Shown here: one piece after another, positions 26,001 through 36,490 of the stretch
Layout: each line of letters starts with the position of its first letter
How positions within the stretch are numbered: position 1 is the stretch's first letter
NCBI GenBank assembly: GCA_030390025.1
Contig: CM059446.1
Coordinates: forward strand, 46,686,001-46,750,000
Origin: Squalus acanthias
Taxonomy: Eukaryota
Length of the DNA stretch: 64,000 nt
Direction of reading: 5' to 3'
The notes under the pieces: model-generated
The model's database searches: none
What the model was told of the DNA's origin: nothing
Seen by the model: only the letters and a program-made list of their open reading frames with translations
Made by a program: the position numbers and the translations under genes

Positions 26001-26912
26001 AGTATATTCAAGACAGAGGTCGATAGAATTTTGGATATTAAGGGAACTAAGGGATATGGGGATAGTGCGGGCAGGTGGAGTTGAGGTAGAAGATCAGCCA
26101 TGATCATATTGAATGGCAGAGCAGGCTCGAATGGCCTACTCCTGCTCCTATTTCTTATGTTCTCACCCTCTATGTTTTTGGCTTATTTATTTTAGACTAC
26201 TCTCATAGGTGCATCTTAACTCTCTATTGCCTTATGAGTATCTTCACTGTCTGTAATATCTAGGTAAGTTTTGATGATGTTCCCTTGACAACAAACTGAA
26301 AACCCTTTTTTAACTACAGGATCTATCCTGTGCCTCATCTTGTCTAAACAAGAAAAATAATAAATGGTTCGCAACCTGTATACTAAACTATATATTTAAT
26401 AATTAACTTATACATACAGTACACAGTTATTCTTGTCTTATATCATTATTAACTGTAGGAGCTAAGTGGTCTGATCTAATATCTTCAAAGTACTAGACCA
26501 ACACTCTCTAAACTGTTAATTCTAATTAAATACCCTCACCTCCCAAACATTTACCAGCGTTTCTTGGATTTGAATAACTCTAAGCTAAATTCAAAAGGAC
26601 CTGGCTGTGTGATGTATAACTAAATAAATCATGCTGTTTGTTTTTGTTTGAATGGTATGCCTTGACTCCACCCTTGAGCAACAGCTCAGATACCAAACTG
26701 ACACTCTCTCTTAGGCAGAAAGGCCTCACAAGATTACATTGAGTTAGGCTGGGAACATGGTTCTGAATGAGGTTGGATTTTTAATTCCTTATGTATTGTG
26801 ACTAAATTAAACCTGAAACTAGACAAAAAGGCTTTGTTTTTGTCACACAGCGTTTGCGAAAAAGTTGATGGCAGAAAAACGCCGACAAACTGCACCACTA
26901 TTTTGAAATATA

Positions 26913-27135
26913 AGGCAGAAAATGCTGGAATCTTCAGGTCTGTCAACGTCAGAAAAGATAAAAGACAGGTTAATGTTTCAGGTTGATATCTCTTGCAAGA
27001 GCTCTGATAAGGATTCTGGCGAAACATTCAAAAAATAACAAGCCAGAATGTTAACCCATCTTTTTTTCCTGACATCATCTGTACATTCCCAGCATTTTCT
27101 GTTATTTTTTAATTTCAGATTTCCGGCAACCAGTT
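26913..27135. mobile_element. Highly degraded Penelope-derived fold-back element
   Basis: cagaaaatgctgg ... ccagcattttctg inverted ends and tttcagg core. Confidence 0.5.
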
Positions 27136-27829
27136 GTGTATTTTGTTGACACAGAGATGTGGGAATTATCTTGCTGTAACATTTAAATATGTTTATTCTC
27201 CACCTGATTTTCTCCCCTTCTCTGGTCCTGAAAGTAGTGATTCATGCTAGGATACAGTTCCATGAACATGGCAATCCCCCAACTACCTCACCCATGTGAC
27301 CATACTTTGTATATAAGCATGGACATTGAACTTTGGTGGGCTATTCGAATGGCAGGGCCATCACAGCTCAGTCTGATCTATCCTTACTTGATGTGCACAC
27401 GTGCAACATGGTCGCTGAAGAACAAGAGAGAGCAATTGCCCTCCCCATGATTTTCTTTCCAGTGCTCAGATTTGTAATGCACACACTGCTCTCCTAGCTG
27501 AAATTTACAGGTTCAGCACAGACCAGAGATTAACCTGGAATATTTCCAATTGATGTGCATCAATGCTGCTTTACTTGGTCATTTAGCAACTAGGACACTG
27601 GGATTTTAAGACGCTGTAGTAGCCAAACTTTGTACATTTCAGGGTAGGGGTGGGAGTTTACACTGTGATAGCTAACCTGTCACTCTGTACAAAATATGGG
27701 GGTGGTGGTGTTGGTGTTGTAACCAATCTGTGTGCATGGGAGGCAGGCGTTCCCACTCATTATCCAACCCTATTCGCTGTTACATACTAGATTCATCACA
27801 TCTACACGGAGTGTGAGAGGTTGTAGCCC

Positions 27830-28260
27830 CTGTTGCACTATTTGAAAGGGGTTGCTCCTCAACTTCTGGCTCCACTTCAGTCTCACGCTCCTGATCTTTC
27901 GCCACCAGATCGAGAGGGGGTGGCGGGCAAGTCGGTGGACCTCCACATGGGTCTGCTCCTGGGCCTGGCCATGGTGGCCATCCACAGGTCCAGGTTGGTG
28001 TCGGCCCGTGGGGGTGTTCGCTCTGGTTGTCTGCCATTCCTCCACGGCCTTGTCCCAGGTGGCCCTGGAGAAGGAGCAGGCGGAGTCCGTCAGTACACTT
28101 GAGACCTTCTGTGACTGGTGGGCACCACGGGGACTGGAGGGCATATTGGACACAGGTGGCAATATACTGTATTATTTAATTTGATGTTTCCTTTCCTTTT
28201 ATGATTTAGTTTTCTATTGGTTGTGCCCCTCTAAAGAGGGGGCACTTTTATTCGGTTTTT
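27830..28260 (+). mobile_element. Tx1/L1-like LINE 3' fragment
   Basis: LLLGLAMVAIHRSR...VALEKEQAESVSTLETFCDWWAPRGLEGIL peptide; terminal stem-loop at 28223-28245. Confidence 0.65.
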
Positions 28261-29216
28261 TTTGTTTGATGACACTGGGGTAAATCAATGCCTCCTTATG
28301 GGTTTTATAAGAAAAGGCATACCAGATTCATCACTTCCTTCAGGTTATATTCCCTCTGTAGCCACAATTTTCTGTCTAGTTCTGACAGAATGGCTGAATC
28401 ACTACATCTTGGTCTTCTCCATACTCTTAATGGGCAATGAAAATCAATTCCTCAGTGATAGTTTCTAACTGTCTCTCCTACAACTTTTGATGGCTCCACC
28501 CTTTACCCTTCTCTGTATATTTACATGTTTGGCCTCACCATCTACTCTGACCTCAAGTAAACCTCCCTCATCTTCCCTATTGCTAAAGCTGCCTCGAAGA
28601 AACTCAAAACATACTGCACCCAAATGTGGTGAGGTTCTTCCAGCACCTCTGTCACATTCCAGGGCAAAAACCCAAAAAAGGGCTTGTTGTTTGCCGAATG
28701 ATCCTTGTATCACTTCGAGCCTCGACCTTGCTATTGTAACATTTCTTCCTCTCCATTGTAACACTTCTTGCATTTCTCTATTTTACCAATTCTACTACAA
28801 TCAGTGCACCTCTGAACTTTGCTCTCTTGACTCTTAACTAGCTTTAAATTTGCCCTTGCATGCTCTTCCTCCTCTCCACACTTGCATTGTATTGAAATCA
28901 GCATGCAATCTCCTGCCTTAACTCATTCTTTTCCAGGCTTCAAAAGCTGCAGAACTCCTTAGCTCCATTAATCTTTCAAAACCTAAGCTCGACATTGCCT
29001 AGTCACTATTTCCTGATTTAACCTTGTCTTTTATTTTCTCAGCCTACTCTGGTACTTGGCCCTTCACTTTGCTTTCTCAAAAAATAATCAGTGTGCATAT
29101 CCATCATGTGGTGGGCTTTATAATGTTGTAGTAGCCAATTTGTATACATATATGGGGGTGTGAAAGTTTTAATGTGGCAGTCAACCTGTCTGCATATGGG
29201 CACGGCAGGGTTATTA

Positions 29217-29972
29217 GGGGCAGAAATTAGGCTCGCCACGGGGGAGTACGCGCTGTGTACTCACCCGTGGACGGAACGAAAGTGCCGGTTTCTTGCATGC
29301 ACTGCGCATGCGCGGGAAACCGGCACTTCCGTTCCCCTGAAGGAAGGGGTTCAGAGGTCGAACGCGCACGCCGGAGGGCCAGCGCGTTCGCCTCGCACTT
29401 CGGGTTTTTTTACAGGTTCCTCCGTGACGGGTAAACACGGAGAAGATACACATTGAAAAAGGAGGCGCAAGGCCTTCTTTTAACAAGGTAAGTGTTGATT
29501 TTATTAAAATTGAAACATTTTTTTCACAGATTTATCTTTTTTTAATTACTTTAAAGAAAGGTAAGTTTAGTTTTTACCCCGTTAAAAAGTGTAATTTTTT
29601 TCAAAAATTTAAATTTTTGTTTAAAATAGTTAATTAATGTAATTTATAGTTATTTTAAAAATGTGATGTTTTTAAAAAATTGTATTTGTAGTTTTAGGGA
29701 TGTTTTGGGGCCGATCTGTATTCATAGATTTTCCTGTCAAATCTATGAATGAAAGATGGTCTGCTGCCATTGGCTCTCCATGGCCCACATGATCCCAGGG
29801 GACGCATTGCACTAACTACGCCCCTGGGACACGCAAGCACTGCGTGCCAGCAGTTGGAGGAGGCCCAGGACCCGAATGCCCCGTGGGCCCAGGGGTCAAC
29901 GGCAGGCGCGGTAGGTAGGTGCGCGCGCGATCCTTGCACCCGCGGGAAGCCAGGGAGCTGAATTTCTGGCAC
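29217..29972. mobile_element. Non-autonomous DNA transposon (Harbinger-like), related to 5326-6321
   Basis: Ends ggggcagaaatt ... aatttctggcac; shares the subterminal palindrome and AT-rich core. Confidence 0.65.
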
Positions 29973-30084
29973 ACTATTGAGGGCAAATCTGTGTATAATG
30001 GCTCCTTAGCAGCAAACCTATGAGCATATAATGGATGGGAGTTATAATGTGCGTATATTGGTGGTAAGCGTACAGCACTGGAGT

Positions 30085-30540
30085 AAAAGAAAGATTTGCA
30101 TTTATATAGTGCCTTTCACAATGACAGGATGTCCCAAAGCACTTTACAGCCAATGAATTAATTTTGAAGTGCAGTCACTGTTGTAACATAGGAAACACAT
30201 CTGCCAATTTGCGCACAGCAAGGTCTCAGAAACAGCAATGAGATAAATGACCAGATCATCTTAGGTGTTGTTTGAGGGATGGATGTTGGCCAAGATACTG
30301 GGAGAACTCCAATACTCTTCTTCGAAATAGTACCATGGGATCTTTTACGTCCCCTTGAAAGGGCAGACAGGGCCTCAGTTTTAACATCACATCCGAAAGA
30401 CAGCACCTCCGACAGTACAGCACCTCCTCAGTACTACACAGAAGTGCCAGCTTAGATTATGTGCTGAAGACTTGAGACTTGAACCCACAATCTTCTGACT
30501 CAACAGGCAAGAGTGCTACCACTGAGCCACAGCTGACACT
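30085..30540 (-). mobile_element. tRNA-derived SINE, same family
   Basis: Full-length reverse-complement similarity; partial copies also at about 34425-34624 (+) and 47060-47320 (+). Confidence 0.75.
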
Positions 30541-30569
30541 GGGCATATAGGAGGGTAGTAGTAATAATT

Positions 30570-31010
30570 TTTACATAAAATTACATGGAATGTACAGCAC
30601 AGAAACAGGCCATTCAGCACAACTGGTCTATGTCGATGTTTATGCTCCACATGAGCCTCCTCCCACTCCTCTTCTTCTAACCCTGCATAACTTTTATATT
30701 CCTTTTTCCCTCACGTGTTTATCTAGCTTCTCCTTAAATGCATCAATGCTGTTCGCCTCAACTATGTCTTGTGGTAGCGAGTTCCACATTCTAACCACTC
30801 TCTCGGTAAAGAAGTTTCTCCTGAATTACCTATTGGAGTGACTATCTTATATTTATAGCCCCTAGTTTTGATCTCCCCTACAAGTGGAAACACCTTCTCT
30901 ATATCTACCCTATCGAAACCCTGTCATAATCTTAAAGACCTCTATCAGGTCACCCCTCAGCCTTCTCCTTTCTAAAGAAAAGAGCCCCAGCCAGTTCATT
31001 CTTATTAGTA
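30570..31010 (-). mobile_element. CR1 3' fragment
   Basis: Reverse-strand CR1 tail and RGDLIEVFK-coding segment. Confidence 0.75.
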
Positions 31011-31109
31011 CACCATTATTATTCGTTATTATACAGTTATAATGCTGTGTGACCAGTTTACATAGGGAAGGAGGGTAAGTGGCATGTGTGTATGCCTTTT
31101 CTGAATTAA

Positions 31110-31515
31110 ACTATAATGAAAAACCTAACAGAAGTGCCCCTTTTTAGAAGGGCACAACTAATAAAGAACTTAAGCAAAAACAAATGAAACTTATGAACTT
31201 AAATAATATTATTTGCATTATCCACCACGCCCTCCAGTCCCTGCGGTGTCCACCAGTCTCAGAAGGCATCAAGCTGACGGACACTGCGTGCTCCTTCCCC
31301 AGGGCCACCTGGGCAGGGACTAGGTCGCGGAAGAGAGGCAAGCAGCCAGAGTGATCTCCCCCATGGGGGGGGGGGGGGGTGTGTCTCTCTCTCACTGGGT
31401 TTTCCCCAGTGCCAACAGACAAACAAAAAACTAACTAAAGTGCCCCCTTTTTAGAGGGGCACAACCATTAGAGAACTAATCTGGAAAACAAAGGAAAATT
31501 ACAAAATTAAATATT
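31110..31515 (-). mobile_element. Two tandem Tx1-like 3' ends
   Basis: CLPLFRDLV...VALGKEHAVS peptide; the tail stem-loop is present twice (31134-31155, 31440-31462). Confidence 0.6.
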
Positions 31516-31968
31516 CTGATGACTGGTCATTGGCCTGAAATGTTAGCTCTGTTTCTCTCTCCACAGATGCTGTCTGACCTTCTGAGTATTTACAGCATTT
31601 TTGTTTTTATTTCACATATCCAGCATAAAATTCTTCGAGGGCTTGACAGGATAGTTGCTGAGGGGCTGTTCCCCCTGGTTGGAGAGTCTAGAACTAGGGG
31701 GCATAGTCTCAGGATAAGGGTCGGCTATTTAGGACTGAGATGAGGAGAAATTTCTTCACTCCAGAGGGTTGTGAATCTTTGGAATTCTCCACCCCAGAGG
31801 GCTGTGGCTGCTGAATCTTCAAGGGATACGGGGACAGGGTAGGAAAGTGGAGTTGAGGTAGAAAATCAGCCATGATCTTATTGAATGGTGGAGCAGGCTC
31901 GAGGGGCCACATGGCCTACTCCTGCTCCAATTTCTTATGTTCTTATCCGCAGTATTTTGCTTTTGTAT
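31513..31968 (+). mobile_element. Penelope-derived element interrupted by a CR1 3' fragment (about 31626-31943)
   Basis: CTGATGA ctggtc att ggcct GAAAT GTT at 31516. The family tail atccgcagtattttgc resumes after the CR1 tail. Confidence 0.6.
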
Positions 31969-32043
31969 AAATAATATTTATCACCTGTGTCCACTATGCC
32001 CACCAGTCCCGGGGGGGGGGGGTTGTGTGCGTGTGCGTGTGCG

Positions 32044-32110
32044 TATATCTATATATATCTATATATATCTATATATATCTATATATATCTATATATATCT
32101 ATATATATCT
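32044..32110. repeat. (TATATATC/TATATATATC)n microsatellite
   Basis: Read directly. Confidence 0.9.
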
Positions 32111-32378
32111 CTTTTCTCTTGAAAAGAGAAGGCTGAGGGGTGACCTAATAGAGGTCTTTAAAATGATGAAAGGTTTTGATAGAGTGGATACAGAGAGAAT
32201 GTTTCCACTTGTGGGGAAGATCAAAACTAGAGGCCATCAATATAAGATAGTCACCATGAAATCCAATAGTGAATTCAGAAGAAACTTCTTTACCCAAAGA
32301 GTGGTGAGAATGTGGAACTCGCTACCACAAGGAGTGGTTGGCCTAACTCCATATATCCACCTTTGGCCCATATCCCTT

Positions 32379-34225
32379 CATAGAAACATAGAAACATAGA
32401 AGATAGGAGCAGGAGTAGGCCATTCGGCCCCTCGAGCCTGCTCCGCCATTTAATGAGATCATGGCTGATCATCCAAACTCCATACCCTGTACCTGCCTTC
32501 TCCCCATATCCCTTGATACCTTTAGCTTTAAGAAATATATCTAACTCATTCTTGAATATATTTAATGACTTGGCCTCAACTACCTTTTATGGTAGAGAAT
32601 TCCACAGGTTCACCACTCTCGGGGTGAAGAAATTCTTCCTCATTTCTGTCCTAAATGGCTTGCCCCTTATCCTTAGATTATGACCCCTGGTTCTGGACTC
32701 TCCGGACATCAGGAACATTCTTCCTGCATCTAGTTTGTCCAGACCTGTCAGAATTTTATGTTTCGATGAGATCCCCTCTCATTCTTCTATACTCCAGCGA
32801 GTATAAGCCCAATCGACCCAATCTCTCCTCATATGTCATTCCTGCCATCCCAGGTATCAGTCTGGTGAATCTTCGCTGAACTCTTTCCATGGCAAGAACA
32901 TCCTTCCTCAGATAAGGCGACCAAAACTGCACACAGTACTCAAGGTGTGGTCTCACCAAGGCCCTGTACAACTGCAGCAGGACATCCCTGTTCCTATACT
33001 CAAACCCTTTCGCTATGAAGGCCAACATACCATTTGCCTTCTTCACCGCCTGCTGCACCTGCATGCTTACCTTCAGCGACTGGTGCACAAGGACACCCAG
33101 GTCTCGTTGCACTTCCCCTTTTCCCAATCTATTGCCATTCAGATAATAGTCTGCCTTTCTGTTTTTGACACCAAAGTGGATAACCTCACATTTATCCACG
33201 TTATATTGCATCTGCCACGCTTCTGCCCACTCACCCAACCTGTCCAAATCATCCTGGAGTTTCTCAGTATCCTCCTCGGAGCACACACGCCCACCCAGCT
33301 TTGTGTCATCTGCAAACTTGGAGATATTACATTTAGTTCCCTTATCCAGATCATTAATGTATATTGTGAATAGCTGGGGTCCTCGGACCGAACCCTGTGG
33401 TACCCCACTAGTCACTGCCTGCCACTCGGAAAAAGACCCATTAATTCCTAATCTCTGCTTTCTGTCCGCCAACCAGTTCTCTATCCAAGTCAATACCTTG
33501 CTCCCAATCCCATGTGCCTTAACTTTACATGCTAATCTCTTCTGCGGGACCTTATCGAAAGCCTTTTGAAAGTCCAAATACACCACATCTACTGGTTCTC
33601 CCTTATCTATTTTCCCAGTTACATCCTCAAAAAATTCCAGTAGATTAGTCAAGCACGATTTACCTTTTGTAAATCCATGTTGACTTTGTCCGATCCTGTC
33701 ACTGTTTTTCAAGTGCTCAGCTATTACATCCTTTATAATGGACTCTAGCATTTTCCCCACTACCGATGTCAGGCTTACCGGTCTGTAATTCCCCACTTTC
33801 TCTCTACCACCCTTTTTGAATAGTGGGGTAACATTAGCTACCCTCCAATCCATGGGTACAGTTCCAGATTCCATTGAATGTTGGAAGATGATCAGCAATG
33901 CATCTACTATTTCTAGGGCCACTTCCTTAAGTACCCTAGGATGTAGATTATCAGGCCCTGGGGATTTATCGGCCTTCAATCCCATCAATTTCCCTAACAC
34001 CATTTCCCTGCAAATACTGAATTCTTTCAGTTCCTCCCTTTCATCAGACCCTATGTTCTCCAACATCTCTGGGAGGTTATTTGTGTCCTCCTTTGTGAAG
34101 ACAGAACCAAAATATGCATTTAATTGGTCTGCCATTTCTTTGTTCCCCATTATAACTTCCCCTGCTTCTGACTGCAAGGGACCTACACTTGATTTCACTA
34201 ATCTTTTTCTCTTCACATATCTATA
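32379..34225 (-). mobile_element. Relatively young 5'-truncated CR1 LINE with an uninterrupted 486-aa RT ORF, nested in older CR1 pieces (32111-32378, 34226-34405)
   Basis: ORF 32756-34216 contains the RT motifs YRPVSL, GVPQGS and FADD; tail tatgtttctatgtttctatg. Confidence 0.95.
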
Positions 34226-34624
34226 AAAATACCTTTGATTAACAAAAAGCTATCCATCTCCCATTTAAAATTAACAATTGATCTAGCACCAATTGCCGTT
34301 TGCGGAAGAGAGTTCCAAACTTCTACCACCCTTTGTGTGTTTCCTGATTTCACTCCTGAAAGGTCTGGTTCTGGTTCTGTTTTTTGCACTGTGAATCCTA
34401 TGTAATCATTGCTGCTTATTTATACTTATCCCTCAATCAACATAACAAAAAACACATTATCTGATCATTATCAAATTGCTGTTTGTGGGAGCTTGCTGAG
34501 CGCAAATTGACTGCATTACATCAGTGACTACACTTGGTGGGGGGGGGAAGTACTTCATTGGCTATAAAGCGCTTTGGGACGTCTAGTGGTTGTGAAAGGC
34601 GCTATCTAAATGCAAGTCTGTCTT

Positions 34625-34920
34625 TTTTCTTTTTAATTCTTTACTCTTTCTGGTGGGGGGTGATTGAACAAATCGACTGTAACTTAAGAACACATTAAAT
34701 AAAACTTAACAAATTAAATTAGAATTTGATTGGCCGGGGTGATGATGCACTCCAGCCCCCGCGGCGCCCACCGGTCACGGAAGGCCTCAAGCGTGCCGGC
34801 GGACACCGCGTGCTCCATCTCCAGGGCCACCCGGACGCGAACATGGCTGCAGAAGAGAGGCAGGCAATCGGGCCGAACGACCCCCTCGACCGCCCACTGC
34901 CTGGACCTGTTAATGGCTAT
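34625..34920 (-). mobile_element. Tx1/L1-like LINE 3' end (copy B of chimeric insertion)
   Basis: Encodes an ORF2-like C-terminus (DCLPLF...VALEMEHAVSAGTLEAFRDRWAPRGLECII) plus a T-rich tail; homologous to 27850-28250 and 31110-31355. Confidence 0.7.
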
Positions 34921-35479
<559 letters not shown>

Positions 35480-35559
35480 AATGCAAGTCTGTCTTAAAGC
35501 CAAGGCAGGGTGGGTGCACTGTGGGGGAATCACCTGTTGGGGGTGCTGGGTGTCTCTTT

Positions 35560-36490
35560 AAATACGGTGACGTAGGACGCGTCATAATGGGGCGGTGCCG
35601 CGCGGTTTAAAGGGCCGGTCGCGAGCCGCAGCTGCTGTCGGCTCAGTCTGTGTCAGCGCGAGAGGAGAGGGAAGTGTTGCCGGGCAACGGGGATAGGGGG
35701 GGGGGAAATAAAGGGACGAGGAGCTCGAGCGTTGCCGGGCAACGGCGGGGGTTGAAGAGGAGCCGCGAGCGTTACTGGGCAACCAGCCACGGCGGGGGGG
35801 GGAAGGGAGGTTGAGACCCGGCAACGGTTACCTGGCAACGGCGCGGCGCTGGGAGCCTCCTGGTCGCCGACTTCAGGTTCGAGCGGAGAGAGAGGAAGCC
35901 TGCGGAGCGAGGCCCCTGAGCTCAAGGCGACGATGCGGGAGTGCGTGAAGGAGCAGGCGCTGCTGCTGGCCCGCGACTACCTGGGGCACTGCCTGAGCCC
36001 GGCCCGCCAGCCGAGGCCGCCCAACAAGACGGCCTGCACCCTGCGCAAGGTGGCCGACCAGATGGTGGAGCAGCACCAGGCCGCCTTCAGCAACATGAAG
36101 AGCCGCTTCGACAACGGCCTGCAGATCACGCCCCGGCCGCGGGGCGGAGCGGCAGCGGCCTCCGGGCCCGCGGGAGAGGCGGCTGAGGCGGAGGCGGCGC
36201 CGGCGCCGGCGGCCGAGGCCACTGACACCGCGATGGTGGCGGTGGCGGCCGCCGACTTCCTGCGCCGGGTGGTGGAAGAGATGTCGGCCGACGAGAAGAT
36301 GAACTGGGGCCGGGTGGTGAGCATCTTCGCCTTCGCCGGGGTGCTGGGCCGGCACCTGAGGGACAAGGGTATCGTCATGAGCCCGGAGGCCGGGCCCAGC
36401 CCGGTGGACTCGCTGGCGGAGAGTGTGGCCAACTACCTGGGCAAGGAGCGGCGCGAGTGGATTGAGCAGAATGGGGGCTGGGTAAGAGTC
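35560..36490 (+). promoter_or_regulatory. CpG island / BCL2L10 promoter: CRE-like TGACGT (35568), GC box (35589-35595), TATA-like TTTAAA (35606), Inr-like TCAGTC (35643), four X-box palindromes
   Basis: Very GC- and CpG-rich against a CpG-depleted background. Motifs are read directly; the TSS position is inferred. Confidence 0.7.
35933..36481 (+). CDS. BCL2L10: Bcl-2-like protein 10 (Nr-13/Nrz/Bcl-B) coding exon 1: BH4, BH3-like, BH1 (NWGRVVSIFAFAG) and start of BH2 (WIEQNGGW)
   Basis: 183 codons ending GGW|gtaaga, the phase-0 BH2 intron typical of the Bcl-2 family. N-terminus EQALLLARDY..C resembles Nrz/Nr-13 BH4. Same strand as and downstream of GNB5, as in other vertebrates. Confidence 0.9.

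Larger units (their letters stand above)
25628..26165 (+). mobile_element. CR1 3' fragment (host of the hammerhead-bearing insert)
   Basis: [15 protein letters not shown] peptide and canonical CR1 tail. Confidence 0.85.

Noticed and set aside
32756-34216. Domesticated reverse transcriptase gene
   Set aside because: Ordinary 5'-truncated CR1 with a disrupted C-terminus, typical tail and a closely related copy at 1929-2780.
35873-36432. Antisense and alternative-frame ORFs (160, 151 and 81 aa) over BCL2L10 exon 1
   Set aside because: Shadow ORFs expected from GC-rich codon usage; no recognisable domain.
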